A stretch of 64,000 nucleotides of DNA from an uncultured delta proteobacterium (GCA_963745835.1 CAVUZH010000005.1:128001-192000), one strand, 5' to 3'. Positions 31,139 to 41,243 are shown, counted from the stretch's first letter. Notes: generated by a model not told the origin, from the sequence alone. Translations and numbers: made by a program.

Positions 31139-31596
31139 AGAATCAAGTATAGCGACTGCGCCGGAAGATATCAGAAGAGCACGAGTTTTCAGGGGCTGGG
31201 CGCTCACGTAATCACTTGAGGTACTGGAACACATCGACCTGAAGTCTGATCAGCGGCTCGAATCATGGGCATTAAAATTTTGCCGACCTGGGTGAACCGG
31301 CCGCAGAACGACTTTATTGGGTCCGGACCGGATCTACAAAGACAAAGCGGAAACAAAGAGTTCCAAGCCGTCGCCGCCAGCCGGAAATAATTCGGCGGCA
31401 CGTCGCCGAAATGGAAGTACACGAGGTCGGATCAGCGTCTGCGTAAATTGGACGAGCGCAGTGTTTACGGTTTGCTCAGAGGATTCCGAACTGTTGCCGC
31501 GCATTTTTTGCAAGGCGCAACTGACCGCCCCACGCGTAAGAATCGACTCGGGCGAAATCGAAATGGCGGCTACTGACCTTCGGAGGTCGGAACCTT

Positions 31597-32604
31597 TTAC
31601 TGTGTGAAAAGTTTTTGAAACTCCTTTCGCTTTTCCGCATATTCGTTCTTACTAAAATCATCCATCGGAATAAATTGTATTTTGTCTGCTTCGGGCAGCG
31701 GCGGATAAATTCCTTTTCGGTTGACGAATTCGCCCATCTTCGCCAGGATCTTCATGCTTTCCTCACTCAGAAAATAGTCGATGAACGCCTTGCCCGCATT
31801 TGGATGGGGCGCTTTGTTGCTGAGTAGAACATAGTGCCCATCGCCCATCATCTTGCCCAATCTCACATAATCTACCGGCGCACCCTTTTGCGCGTAGGTG
31901 TAGGCGTAAATAACATAAGTGATAGCCGCCAGTGCCTCGCCTCCGGTGACCCGTTCGGCAGCGGGAATAAACGATTCGCCAAAGAGAGGTTTCATGCCCG
32001 CCAGACCGGGAATGAATTTGTCCGCTCTCTCTTTGCCGATGACTTTGTGCAGGCTGGCGAGCCACTGCGTGGTGGTCAAGTGTTGCGTCGGATCAGGCAT
32101 GGAGATCTTGCCTTTGAATTGAGGCTGCAGCAGATCTTCCAGGGATTTGGGTGCGGCTCCAGGTTTGAATGCGCTCTTGTTGTACACGACGCCTATGATC
32201 ACATTGCGGTAACTCGGACCGAGTACCGGATCGATCGATTCCTTCGCAAAATCGCCGGCGGCCGGGGAGTTATAGGTGGCCAGCATTCCTTCTTTGACGA
32301 CGAGCCGTGCAACATTTGCGTTGAGCAATAGCACATCATAGGCGGCCTTGCCGGCTCTATATTCACTTACCGCTCGATCCATGACCTTCGTACCCGAAGC
32401 GCGCCAGTATTCCAGTTCAAGTTGGGTTTTCTTTTGGAAAGCTGCTTTGATTGCGTCGAACGCTTCGGACTCCAGCGAGCCGTATGCGATGACCTTGCCT
32501 CCTTCCTTTTTTGCTTCTTCGATGAGGTTGGCACTTTGGCCAAAAGCCGCAGGGGAGTGAACCAAGGACAATACAACGATTACGGAGAATACAACCTGAC
32601 GCAT
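31597..32604 (-). CDS. ABC transporter extracellular solute-binding protein (Fe3+/thiamine-like class)
   Basis: Signal peptide; AKKEGGKV; APHPNAGKAFIDYFLS. Confidence 0.88.
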   Translation of the reverse strand: MRQVVFSVIVVLSLVHSPAAFGQSANLIEEAKKEGGKVIAYGSLESEAFDAIKAAFQKKTQLELEYWRASGTKVMDRAVSEYRAGKAAYDVLLLNANVARLVVKEGMLATYNSPAAGDFAKESIDPVLGPSYRNVIIGVVYNKSAFKPGAAPKSLEDLLQPQFKGKISMPDPTQHLTTTQWLASLHKVIGKERADKFIPGLAGMKPLFGESFIPAAERVTGGEALAAITYVIYAYTYAQKGAPVDYVRLGKMMGDGHYVLLSNKAPHPNAGKAFIDYFLSEESMKILAKMGEFVNRKGIYPPLPEADKIQFIPMDDFSKNEYAEKRKEFQKLFTQ

Positions 32605-32805
32605 AGCTCCTGCCCTCCTCTTCTCTATCCGGACTTTGACATCACGACAGCATCGGCTCGGCTCGGATCCTACCTTTTGGCCCAGCGATTTAGCAAATTG
32701 ATTTATCGCGGATGAAATCTCTTGCCGGGCGCACTCATCGCCTTGACATTCAGACCCATGTGCATTACCGACGGAACAGGAATCGAATCACAAGGAGGCT
32801 CCCCG

Positions 32806-33813
32806 ATGGATATCATCGATGCCGATGGTCATATCGTCGAAAAGGATTCCGATCTCAGGGGCTACCTGCCGGAGCCACATTCTAAACGCAGCGGTTCGCT
32901 TCTGCCTTCGGATGGGCAGGACAGTTTGATGGGTGGTCGCTTGGGCGGGCTGGAGGATAACGATATTCCCACACGCCTTAGTGACATGGACACGGAAGGA
33001 ATCGGGATCTCCGTTCTGTTTCCCACGACTAGCTTTCGCGTCAGCCAAGTCATGGAACGCGAGTATGCGCTTTCTTATTGCCGCGCCTACAATGATTTCA
33101 TTTCCGACGTATGTAAAAGAAACCCGCGCCTGAAAGGAATCGGCCTGGTTCCGTTTCAGAATATCTGCTTTAGCCAGTCTGCGGTGGTCGGTGAAGTTAA
33201 TCGCGCCGTTGCAAAGCTCGGCTTGGTCGGGATTGCGGTGTCCTGCCAAGGCCTCAAAGAACATCTTGGGTCGGAAATTTATTGGCCGATCTACGAGGAG
33301 CTTCAGCGCTTAGGTGTGCCTTTGTGCGTGCATAATCGTCACGCGCCGCCAGGCGAAAATATCTTCGATACCCTCCTTTTCAAACATGCCGTCGGCCGGC
33401 CGATCATGACAGCGATTCAGTTCGCGGGGCTTATGTACGGCGGAGTGCCTGAGAAATTTCCCAAACTAAACGTCGCGTTCCTCGAATGCGGCGTAGGTTG
33501 GCTGCCGTATTGGGTCGAGAGATTGGACGAGGAATATGAAAAGCGCTCTCCGGAAGCGCCGCTGCTCAAGGCTAAGCCCAGCGAGTATCTAAGAAACGGC
33601 AATTGGTTTTGTTCTACCGAGCCGGAGGAGCATGGCTTGCCCTATGTCATCGAGCAGTTTGGAGCGGATATGATCTTGTTCGCGTCCGACTATCCTCACT
33701 GGGATGGTCTATTTCCTCACGCGGTATCGACAATAATGCACCGCAAGGATATTACAGAGGACGCCAAGCAGAAGATCCTAAGCGACAACGCCAAAAGATT
33801 TTATGGATGGTGA
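32806..33813 (+). CDS. Amidohydrolase family protein
   Basis: IIDADGH, LCVH and FASDYPHWD motifs. Confidence 0.9.
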   Translation: MDIIDADGHIVEKDSDLRGYLPEPHSKRSGSLLPSDGQDSLMGGRLGGLEDNDIPTRLSDMDTEGIGISVLFPTTSFRVSQVMEREYALSYCRAYNDFISDVCKRNPRLKGIGLVPFQNICFSQSAVVGEVNRAVAKLGLVGIAVSCQGLKEHLGSEIYWPIYEELQRLGVPLCVHNRHAPPGENIFDTLLFKHAVGRPIMTAIQFAGLMYGGVPEKFPKLNVAFLECGVGWLPYWVERLDEEYEKRSPEAPLLKAKPSEYLRNGNWFCSTEPEEHGLPYVIEQFGADMILFASDYPHWDGLFPHAVSTIMHRKDITEDAKQKILSDNAKRFYGW

Positions 33814-34146
33814 GGGAGTCTGGCGGAGTTTTCTAACTACAAGCGGATTCTTATCGGATAAGGCGGAGCTCGAAGCGAGAACAAAGGTTCCAAGCCGCGG
33901 GCACCGCCGCCGGCATCAACGCTTCGACTAAACGCAAACTTCTAAATAGTCAAAAGTAAAGACCAGACGCTGTCGCCTCCTTGGCGGGGTACCGCCCTTT
34001 AGCCGATAGTTGGAGCGTGTATGATAACTCAGCCCGCAATCCAATATTATTGGAAAGATCGCCATGAAGCCAAAAGCCAAACTACAAACCAGTGAGGAAT
34101 TCTCCGCCGCCGTTGGGGCGAGCCCTGCGCCGCGCCGCAAAGTGCA

Positions 34147-34426
34147 GGGGATTCGGTGCCAGGCATGAGTTATTGACTAACTGGATAAACTAAAATAGAG
34201 AGGGAGAGAATCGATAAGGCTACACCGTATGCCGAGGCAGGCTAGACTGGATAGTCCCGGGACACTGCACCATGTGATGATCCGAGGGATTGAAAAGAAG
34301 CGGATCGTCCTTGACGAGCAAGACCGAAAAGACTTTGTGCGCCAATTGGGTTTATTAGCCGTGGAAACGAAGACGGCGGTCTATGCATGGGCGTTGATGG
34401 TAACCACGCGCATTTGCTGGTTTGCA
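34147..34426 (+). mobile_element. Y1/HUH (RAYT-like) element copy 1, 3'-truncated by copy 2
   Basis: MPRQARLDSPGTLHHVMIRG from 34229; variant left end cggtgccaggcatgagttattgactaactggataaac. Confidence 0.85.
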
Positions 34427-35115
34427 GGGAGGAAGCTGGGACGCTGTTGACTAACTGGACAAACTAGAATAGAGAGGGAGAGAATCGATAAGGGCTACAC
34501 CGTATGCCGAGGCAGGCTAGACTGGATAGTCCCGGGACACTGCATCATGTGATGATCCGAGGGATTGAAAAGAAGCGGATCGTCCTTGACGAGCAAGACC
34601 GAAAAGACTTTGTGCGCCGATTGGGTTTATTGGCCGTGGAAACGAAGACGGCGGTCTATGCATGGGCGTTGATGAGCAACCATGCTCATTTGCTGGTTTG
34701 CAGCGGGGCTGCGGGATTAGCCAAGTTTATGCGGCGGCTTTTGACCGGTTACGCGGTGAGCTATAACCTGCGCCATCGCCGCCATGGTCATCTTTTTCAG
34801 AACCGTTACAAATCGATGGTGTGCGACGGCGACAGCTATTTCACCGAGCTGGTGCGCTACATCCACTTAAATCCGTTAAGAGTGGAGCCGCGACCTGCAA
34901 GAAAGACGGCATATCGCTAACGGAACTCCGAAGCGGGAGCCGCCGTGGGAAACTGCCGGCCGTGAGAGTGAAGATCGTTCAGGGCCTAGTGGAGGATTAT
35001 GGCGTGCCCATCGCCGAGGTGGCTCGCCAAGTGGGTATCTCGACATCTGGAGTTTCAAAAATTCTGACACGAAGTTTGTCCAGCTAGTCAACAGCGTCCC
35101 CGCATGTTCCCCTCT
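34427..35115 (+). mobile_element. Y1/HUH (RAYT-like) element copy 2 with both inverted ends and an internal 385-bp deletion
   Basis: IR-L 34438-34464, IR-R 35074-35100; junction 34887/34888 lacks copy-3 segment 36536-36920. Confidence 0.88.
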
Positions 35116-35322
35116 AAGACCGCTACATGCAGCTTGCTCCAGGCGAAAGGGATCTCTGATATTCTAGCGTGCTCTCCCATCGGCCAGTTCTGGGCGATAG
35201 AAGTTAAGAAGCCCGGAGGCAAGCCTTCATCCGATCAGATAGCTTTCCTCAGTCGCGTCCGCGCCAATAAAGGCATCGCGATCCTCGCTTATTCAATCGA
35301 TGACGTAATAGATAAATTATGA
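35116..35322 (+). pseudogene. VRR-NUC (PD-(D/E)xK) nuclease fragment, phage-like, N-terminally truncated
   Basis: GISDIL...WAIEVKKPGGKPSSDQIAFL; begins right at element end. Confidence 0.75.
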
Positions 35323-35468
35323 ACGACGAACACGATCAATTCCTAGAAGATCACCTCAAAAAGCTGGAAAGCTTAAAGAAGATACTCAGAGGCGAACACC
35401 CAGACTCTGTCATTTTGACGGAGGCGTACGAGAGGCTATCGAGGCAGGGGGTAGACGTGAAACTGTAG
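35319..35468 (+). CDS. Small phage-like hypothetical protein (49 aa)
   Basis: ATGA-coupled to VRR-NUC; MNDEHDQFLEDHLKKLESLKKILRGE. Confidence 0.5.
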   Translation: MNDEHDQFLEDHLKKLESLKKILRGEHPDSVILTEAYERLSRQGVDVKL

Positions 35469-35634
35469 GTAGGCAGAAATTTAGACCACCTCTCCGGAGC
35501 GAGTTTTTCGTCGTAACTTCGTTCAAGTATTCATCCAGCAAAAACTGCGCTTCATCTTCTGAAATTATCCCCTCCTTCCGTGCAAAGGCTATAGACTTCC
35601 CCCAAATCCGGGCTTCAAGTTCTTTCCTATTCAC
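35410..35634 (-). CDS. Small hypothetical protein, phage-like, possibly truncated
   Basis: MNRKELEARIWGKSIAFARKEGIISEDEAQFLLDEY; AT-rich. Confidence 0.4.
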   Translation of the reverse strand: MNRKELEARIWGKSIAFARKEGIISEDEAQFLLDEYLNEVTTKNSLRRGGLNFCLPTVSRLPPASIASRTPPSK

Positions 35635-35670
35635 CAGTGTCCCCGATGTTGCTTTTCTACTTCCGTATAG

Positions 35671-35841
35671 TTAGCTATTTACCACAGCGTGGAGAATATC
35701 TTCTTCGGTTGCTCTCAGCCACTCTTCGGTACCGTCTTTTAGTTTTACTGGTGTAAGACCAATGTTGCTTCCACCTAGTATACAGCTGAAGTTGTAGCAA
35801 TTTATCTCAATACCACTGCCTTCCATGTTATAGAACCTCAT
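35671..35841 (-). CDS. Small hypothetical protein (56 aa), phage-like
   Basis: AAGGA RBS; MRFYNMEGSGIEINCYNFSC...HAVVNS*. Confidence 0.4.
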   Translation of the reverse strand: MRFYNMEGSGIEINCYNFSCILGGSNIGLTPVKLKDGTEEWLRATEEDILHAVVNS

Positions 35842-36071
35842 TGTGTTTCCTTTCGCTTTGGTAAGTCGTTTGTGTCAGTTGAAAACGCAAATTGTAATGT
35901 AAGCATGCCGTGCGGTGCAACTACAATTCGCCGTTACAAAAACTTCGTATTAGCTACACTGGGGTAATGGACGGTACAGAATTTACGACTGCAGCAACCG
36001 AGATAAACGGCGGCGCCTCAATAGGCGCGACGTTTCTTTTTCAGCTTGGAAATCTCGCCAAGAACCTCATT

Positions 36072-37150
36072 GGGGGAGGAAGCTGGGGACGCTGTTGACT
36101 AACTGGACAAACTAGAATAGAGAGGGAGAGAATCGCTAAGGGCTACAGCGTATGCCGAGGCAGGCTAGACTGGATAGTCCCGGGACACTGCACCATGTGA
36201 TGATCCGAGGGATTGAAAAGAAGCGGATCGTCGTTGACGAGCAAGACCGAAAAGACTTTGTGCGCCGATTGGGTTTATTGGCCGTGGAAACGAAGACGGC
36301 GGTCTATGCATGGGCGTTGATGAGTAACCATGCTCATTTGCTGGTTTGCAGCGGGACTGAGGGGTTAGCCAAGTTTATGCGGCGATTTTTGACCGGTTAC
36401 GCGGTGAGTTATAACCTGCGCCATCGCCGCCATGGTCATCTTTTTCAGAACCGTTACAAATCGATGGTGTGCGACGGCGACAGCTATTTCACCGAGCTGG
36501 TGCGCTACATCCACTTAAATCCGTTAAGAGTGGAGTTGGTAAAGGATTTGAGGCAACTGGAGAGATATCCCTATTGTGGACATGGAACAATCTTGGGAGC
36601 GCAATCAAACGCCTGGCAAGACCGCGACAGCGTGTTGGCCCAGTTTAGCCAACGCGAAGCGGAAGCGAAGGAGGCATACCGGCGCTATATTGCCGAAGGA
36701 GTCGTGCTGGGGCGGCGGCCGGAGCTGGTTGGGGGGAGTGGATCGGTTGGCGAATGGTTTGCGGTGAAATCGCAGCGGCGACGCAGGACTGAAGAGTCAA
36801 CTGATGAGCGGATTTTGGGCAGCGGAGCATTCGTAAAGCGTGTTCTAAAAGAAGCAGATGCGCGGACACTCCGGCAAAACGCCTTCAAGAAAACCAAACG
36901 CTATGCGGAGCGTGTCGTTGCCGCGACCTGCAAGAAAGACGGCATATCGCTAACAGAACTCCGAAGCGGGAGCCGCCGTGGGAAACTGCCCGCCGTGAGA
37001 GTGAAGATCGTTCAGGGGCTTAGTGGAGGATTATGGCGTGCCCATCGCCGAGGTGGCTCGCCAAGTGGGTATCTCGACATCTGGAGTTTCAAAGATTCTG
37101 ACACGAAGTTTGTCCAGCTAGTCAACAGCGTCCCGCATGTTCCCCTCTCG
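36072..37150 (+). mobile_element. Y1/HUH (RAYT-like) element copy 3, full length, 27-bp inverted ends
   Basis: IR-L GGGACGCTGTTGACTAACTGGACAAAC 36086-36112; IR-R 37108-37134 (26/27 identical). Confidence 0.9.
36152..37121 (+). CDS. REP-associated tyrosine transposase-like protein (Y1_Tnp domain plus C-terminal HTH); frameshift near 37020
   Basis: NHAHLL (HUH), GHLFQNRYKS and RYIHLNP (catalytic Tyr); C-terminus IAEVARQVGISTSGVSKIL as in copy 2. Confidence 0.9.
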
Positions 37151-37253
37151 AATTAAAACGTAAGCTGCGCGCCGCTCTCACTGACATGCTCGAGGATCTC
37201 GCGGCCTTGTCAGGAAGTGAACAGAGCAAGGTATTATTCCCGCAGCGTAACTG

Positions 37254-37535
37254 TCATGGTGACGGTGGCGGTGGGGTCCTTTCGCGTGATCGATTCTCCA
37301 GCTCCTCTATTTTCTTCGTCTGACGTGAAATTGACGATCTTCTTTTTACTATAGCGGGAATCGATATCAACAAAGTCACTAAAACTCCCAGGGCAAATGT
37401 TAATATCAGCACCAGAGCCAACGAGCCTTCAAATTTCCAAATAAAAAAAGTCACACCAACGGGAATAGGATTCTGCAGTGCAAAGATGACAGTTAAAATG
37501 GCTAACCCTAATGCGACGATCAGGAACAAGTGCAT
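37254..37535 (-). CDS. LapA family (DUF1049) small membrane protein
   Basis: IFALQNPIPV and SLALVLILTFALG motifs; coiled tail. Confidence 0.8.
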   Translation of the reverse strand: MHLFLIVALGLAILTVIFALQNPIPVGVTFFIWKFEGSLALVLILTFALGVLVTLLISIPAIVKRRSSISRQTKKIEELENRSRERTPPPPSP

Positions 37536-38147
37536 CGCAGAATCCTCCTTTTCAGGGGCTTCCTCATCTTGTCCAATTCTTGTGATCGGGACAATAGCTC
37601 CAAAAAACTCGTTCATGATGGTGTGACGACTTGGTTACCGGCGAGTCGAAGCAGAGAAAGTTATTGATCCAGTGCTATCAGTTTGCATATCGGCGCGCTT
37701 CGAGGCTTAGCCGAAGATTTTTTGGTGTGAAACGGACGCTCTGATGCACATGAAGCTCGTTCCAGTCGTTCCAACCGTTCAACCGCTGCGCTAATTTCAA
37801 AAACTTTTAGGACAGCGAATTTGCCGGCGAAATGATGCGCTAAGGCCAGAAAACGCGATCCCTTGGGACAAAGCTGTTGAAATGGCTAAGGCATAGCACC
37901 GTCGACCGTGAAGATTCCCCATGCTGACGCGCTTAAACTCCGATCGGAGAGTGATCGAGGATGAGAATCAATAGCTCGATGAACTCGCCGGCTATGTTAG
38001 AAGCCGGTTATGCCGGGAATACTCGTGGTCGACAAACCGACTGCGCCATAATCAACCGCGGCAACGGTCGTGCCGAGGTGTTTCATAAGAGCGAGCATTA
38101 CGTGTTCGATATCAAGCTACATGCTTTTTTGGCGGGGTTATGAGAAA

Positions 38148-38180
38148 ACAGGGAGGAAGCGCTTGGCTTTCCCCCCTGAG
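38148..38180. terminator. Probable intrinsic terminator downstream of hsp20
   Basis: cagggaggaagc-gcttg-gctttccccctg hairpin followed on minus strand by TTTT. Confidence 0.5.
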
Positions 38181-38206
38181 TATCTGTTTGACGGTTCTGC
38201 GATGAA

Positions 38207-38653
38207 TCAATTCAAGCTTATAGCGATTTGTCTCGGCTTGGCCTCATCGGCTTTGGGAACTTGTACTTCAAGTATGCCGTCCTTATAGGTCGCTTTGATG
38301 CCATCGGGGTTCACGGTTTGCGGCACGTGGAAGGATCGAGAAAATTTACCTGTAACCCGCTCGACCCGGTGGTACTCGACCCCACTGGCCGGCTCTTCAA
38401 GCTTTCTCTCGCCACTGAGTGTCAATATGCCCTCGTTTACTTCGGTTTTGAGATCCTCATTTCTCATCCCCGGCAGCTCGGCGCGAATGAGATACGAATC
38501 CTTACTTTCAAGAATGTCCACGGGAGGATACCAGACTCCAGCAGCAGCACTCTGTTGCGCCCGTGTACGACCCAACGCATCTTCGAATAGCTCGTTGATC
38601 CGGGACTGAATTCTGTTTACACCCTCAACCTGTTCCCATCTTACTAGTTCCAT
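38207..38653 (-). CDS. Hsp20/alpha-crystallin small heat shock protein
   Basis: WYPPVDI, AELPG, GKFSRSF and YKDGILEV motifs. Confidence 0.93.
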   Translation of the reverse strand: MELVRWEQVEGVNRIQSRINELFEDALGRTRAQQSAAAGVWYPPVDILESKDSYLIRAELPGMRNEDLKTEVNEGILTLSGERKLEEPASGVEYHRVERVTGKFSRSFHVPQTVNPDGIKATYKDGILEVQVPKADEAKPRQIAISLN

Positions 38654-38693
38654 AATTAGCACTCCTTTTTAAACCTTTTCTTAAACTGATGAG

Positions 38694-38722
38694 AAGGTAA
38701 GCACGGCGGGGCACTGTGTCAA
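38694..38722 (-). promoter_or_regulatory. Candidate sigma70 promoter for hsp20
   Basis: TTGACA-N17-TACCTT on minus strand. Confidence 0.5.
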
Positions 38723-38855
38723 GCGGAAGTAAAACTGCGGAGTTGGGTTAACCCCGACTTAACGGACGCGCCTGGATGAGACATTGAGGGGGAGCATTGA
38801 GGGTCAGGTTGAACGGAGTTGCTTTGCGCATCGCGACTTTCTTGCGGTCCGCTTC

Positions 38856-39098
38856 TCAGGCTTTGCTGGGGCCCGAGTTCTCAGTATCCGGCCAATAATT
38901 GAGGGCGTGCAGAGCGTCGCGGATCGGCTGTAGCAGTTTGGGTTGCGGGCCGGGCATGCCTTCTTCCTCCGCGACTTCCATCAACGTCGCTTCCTGTTCC
39001 CATCGCCCGAAGGATTTCAATTTTTTGCTGGCGCGACAGTTCTTGATTTGAAACCACTTCTTGAGGGCTCTTAAAAACGGCTGCGGGATTCAGCTTTG
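38856..39098 (-). pseudogene. Fragment of conserved hypothetical protein, 5' end lost at the adjacent repeat
   Basis: NPAAVFKSPQEVVSNQELSRQQKIEILR, then RWEQEATLMEVAEEEGM in a shifted frame. Confidence 0.55.
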
Positions 39099-39103
39099 CG
39101 GGT

Positions 39104-39545
39104 GGGAACCAGCGCCGGGTCGGACCGGAGTAAACTGTTTGATTAAACAAACGAACATGCAATAAATAGCGTCGTTTAAGGGCTTAGAGGCAGCTTTTTG
39201 ATGCCGAAAAGGGGTTTCTAAGGAAGACGATGCCACGCGCCAACCGCTATTTCCTGCCCGGATACGTCTGGCACATCACCACCAACATTGAAGCCAGTTC
39301 CAAAACGTTCCAACCGTTCAATCGCTTCGCTCCGTTCAAGACGTTCAAAGCCAGAACTCGGAGGCGAAGAAGCGCTTTGGACTTTGTGTGCTCGATTACA
39401 TTGTGACATCCAATCACATTCATCTTCTGGTCAAAGACACTGGAGAAAACGTCATCGCTGAGAGCATGCAGCTCATTAGAATACCGAAGCCCGTTCCAAT
39501 CGTTCCAGCCGTTCAACCGCTTCGCTCCGTTCAAGACGTTTCGGA
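39104..39545 (+). mobile_element. Remnant of a second RAYT/Y1 transposase element, interrupted by 9-mer repeat arms; contains empty IS110 target (core TCG 39120-39122)
   Basis: MPRANRYFLPGYVWHIT from 39230; EAKKRFGLCVLDYIVTSNHIHLLV (HUH); homologous to 40766-40785 plus 42343-42570. Confidence 0.8.
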
Positions 39546-39702
39546 CTACGACTGCCAGTATTGAGCGGATTCGCGGATCTCCATCAATGGCTGGAGCAGA
39601 AGCAGGTCCTCACGTCGCTCGACCTCAAACACGTACTGAGTTAGGTTTGAAAAACACACGAATGACTGCTGACAATCACAAAATAACGAAAGGAGCACGC
39701 GG

Positions 39703-40731
39703 ATGAATTATCTACGTAATGCATCGAAGAAGAGGAATTGGATCGCTGCATATCTATTCTCAGCATTGCTTCTCTCACCTTCACTCTATGCAGCTTCGGA
39801 TTCGAAGATCATTGAGGCGGCGAAAAAAGATGGCGAGTTGATGTTGTGGACCAGTAGCGATATGCGGACGGCAAGTCGCTTGGTGGAGCGTTTTGAGCAA
39901 AGATATCCGTTTGTAAAAGTTAAAATATTCAGAACCGGAACGGGTGCCCTCCATAACAAGGTCACGACAGAGGCGTTGGCGGGAAAGCACAACTGGGACG
40001 TGATGAACACGTTGATGCCCACGCGCGACTTAATCGAAAGAAAGTTGCTCGCTCCATACAGCTCTCCGGAAGCCGGAATGCTGTTGGACCAGAGCCTTCG
40101 AGACCCAACGGGATATTGGACCGCGATTTATGCGATCCCCTTTGTGTTGGGGTACAACACAAACCTGGTTAAACCTGCGGAGGCGCCTAAAAGTTATGGC
40201 GAACTTTTAGGCCCTCAGTGGAAAGGAAGCAAAATATCCATTGATCAAGATGGTTATGAGCTCCTCCAGGGTCTGATCCTTTCGTGGGGAAAAGAAAAAG
40301 CGGTGGACTATCTGAAGAAGCTTGCATCCCAGCAACCCGTCTCAAGACGTGGGAATTCGCTCCGTGTGCAGCTTGTTACGGCTGGCGAGCATCCGTTGCT
40401 CATCTCTATGGCGAGCCCCATTCAACTGGTTCGCCGCGATGGCGCACCAATCAATTGGATTCCCCTGGAACCCGTTCCGGTGAGCTTCCACGCGATAGCC
40501 CTGGCGGAACATGCTTCACATCCGAATGCCGCAAAGCTGTATATCGATTTTGTTCTTTCACCCGACGGCCAAGAAACTCTTCGCAGTGTCCAGAGAATAC
40601 CAGTGCGTAAGGACGTCGAAGCAGACCCACCGACCTTGTTCAAAGGATATAACCGGATTATGCTCCAGCCCATGAAAACCGAGGAATTTAACGAGATCTT
40701 GAGCCTTTACAACAACATATTTGGTCGTTGA
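39703..40731 (+). CDS. ABC transporter extracellular solute-binding protein
   Basis: Signal peptide; AAKKDGEL; SHPNAAKLYIDFVLS. Confidence 0.88.
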   Translation: MNYLRNASKKRNWIAAYLFSALLLSPSLYAASDSKIIEAAKKDGELMLWTSSDMRTASRLVERFEQRYPFVKVKIFRTGTGALHNKVTTEALAGKHNWDVMNTLMPTRDLIERKLLAPYSSPEAGMLLDQSLRDPTGYWTAIYAIPFVLGYNTNLVKPAEAPKSYGELLGPQWKGSKISIDQDGYELLQGLILSWGKEKAVDYLKKLASQQPVSRRGNSLRVQLVTAGEHPLLISMASPIQLVRRDGAPINWIPLEPVPVSFHAIALAEHASHPNAAKLYIDFVLSPDGQETLRSVQRIPVRKDVEADPPTLFKGYNRIMLQPMKTEEFNEILSLYNNIFGR

Positions 40732-40805
40732 GCGCGCGCTGAAAACAGCCAAGTAATCACTCGCTGTGGAACCGGCGCCGGGTCGCCCATTAGCAGGCAG
40801 GTCAA

Positions 40806-41243
40806 GAGGGCACAGACGTTCCTGTGAGAATTTTTTCTTATTCCCTTTTTCAACCCTCGCGGAATGTGTGATCGCTGATTGACGCGCCCCTGTTTTCAAT
40901 CAGTTGGTGTCGGATCGCATAGGTCCGCACCAGTCACCCATCAGGTTCAAGGCTTTGGAGCTGTCCCTACTGGGCAGTGATCTCCCGCCCCTGGCAATTT
41001 TCATTGCCCCAGAAAACTATCGGTACCACGCCGCGTCCAAGGTTATAGGATCACAGATCCTGTGGCTCTCCGTGTTCGGGGGCCAACCCTATTGTGGCTC
41101 ACGGCGTGGGCGTACCATCGAATCACAGCACCGCCGAGTTGTCGATATGTAAAGGGACGGGATAGCCGCCAATCGGACCATGTGGTTCTAAGCCAACCCG
41201 GTAATAGGCTCACTATCCCATCCCAACCGTTAAATGGATCTTG
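40806..41243 (-). ncRNA. Candidate bridge/seek RNA in the 3' non-coding end of the IS1111-type element
   Basis: About 440-nt non-coding region; stem 41154-41165/41213-41224 encloses CCGGGTTGG and GGTCCGA, matching both strands of the target. Confidence 0.7.

Noticed and set aside
31200-31590. Intergenic stretch sharing a short AACAAAG-GTTCCAAGCCG motif with 33878-33900
   Set aside because: Similarity is too short to define a repeat or RNA, and there is no convincing ORF.
32610-32675. FMN-riboswitch-like 3' motif (AAAGTCCGGATAGAGAAG on minus strand) upstream of the SBP gene
   Set aside because: The conserved 5' half (AGGGC-GGTGAAATTCC-ACCGGCGGT) is absent; an Rfam RF00050 scan would settle it.
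38656-38664. TTAGCACTC CIRCE half-site at the hsp20 start
   Set aside because: No second arm at 9-nt spacing; it overlaps the RBS and may be coincidental.
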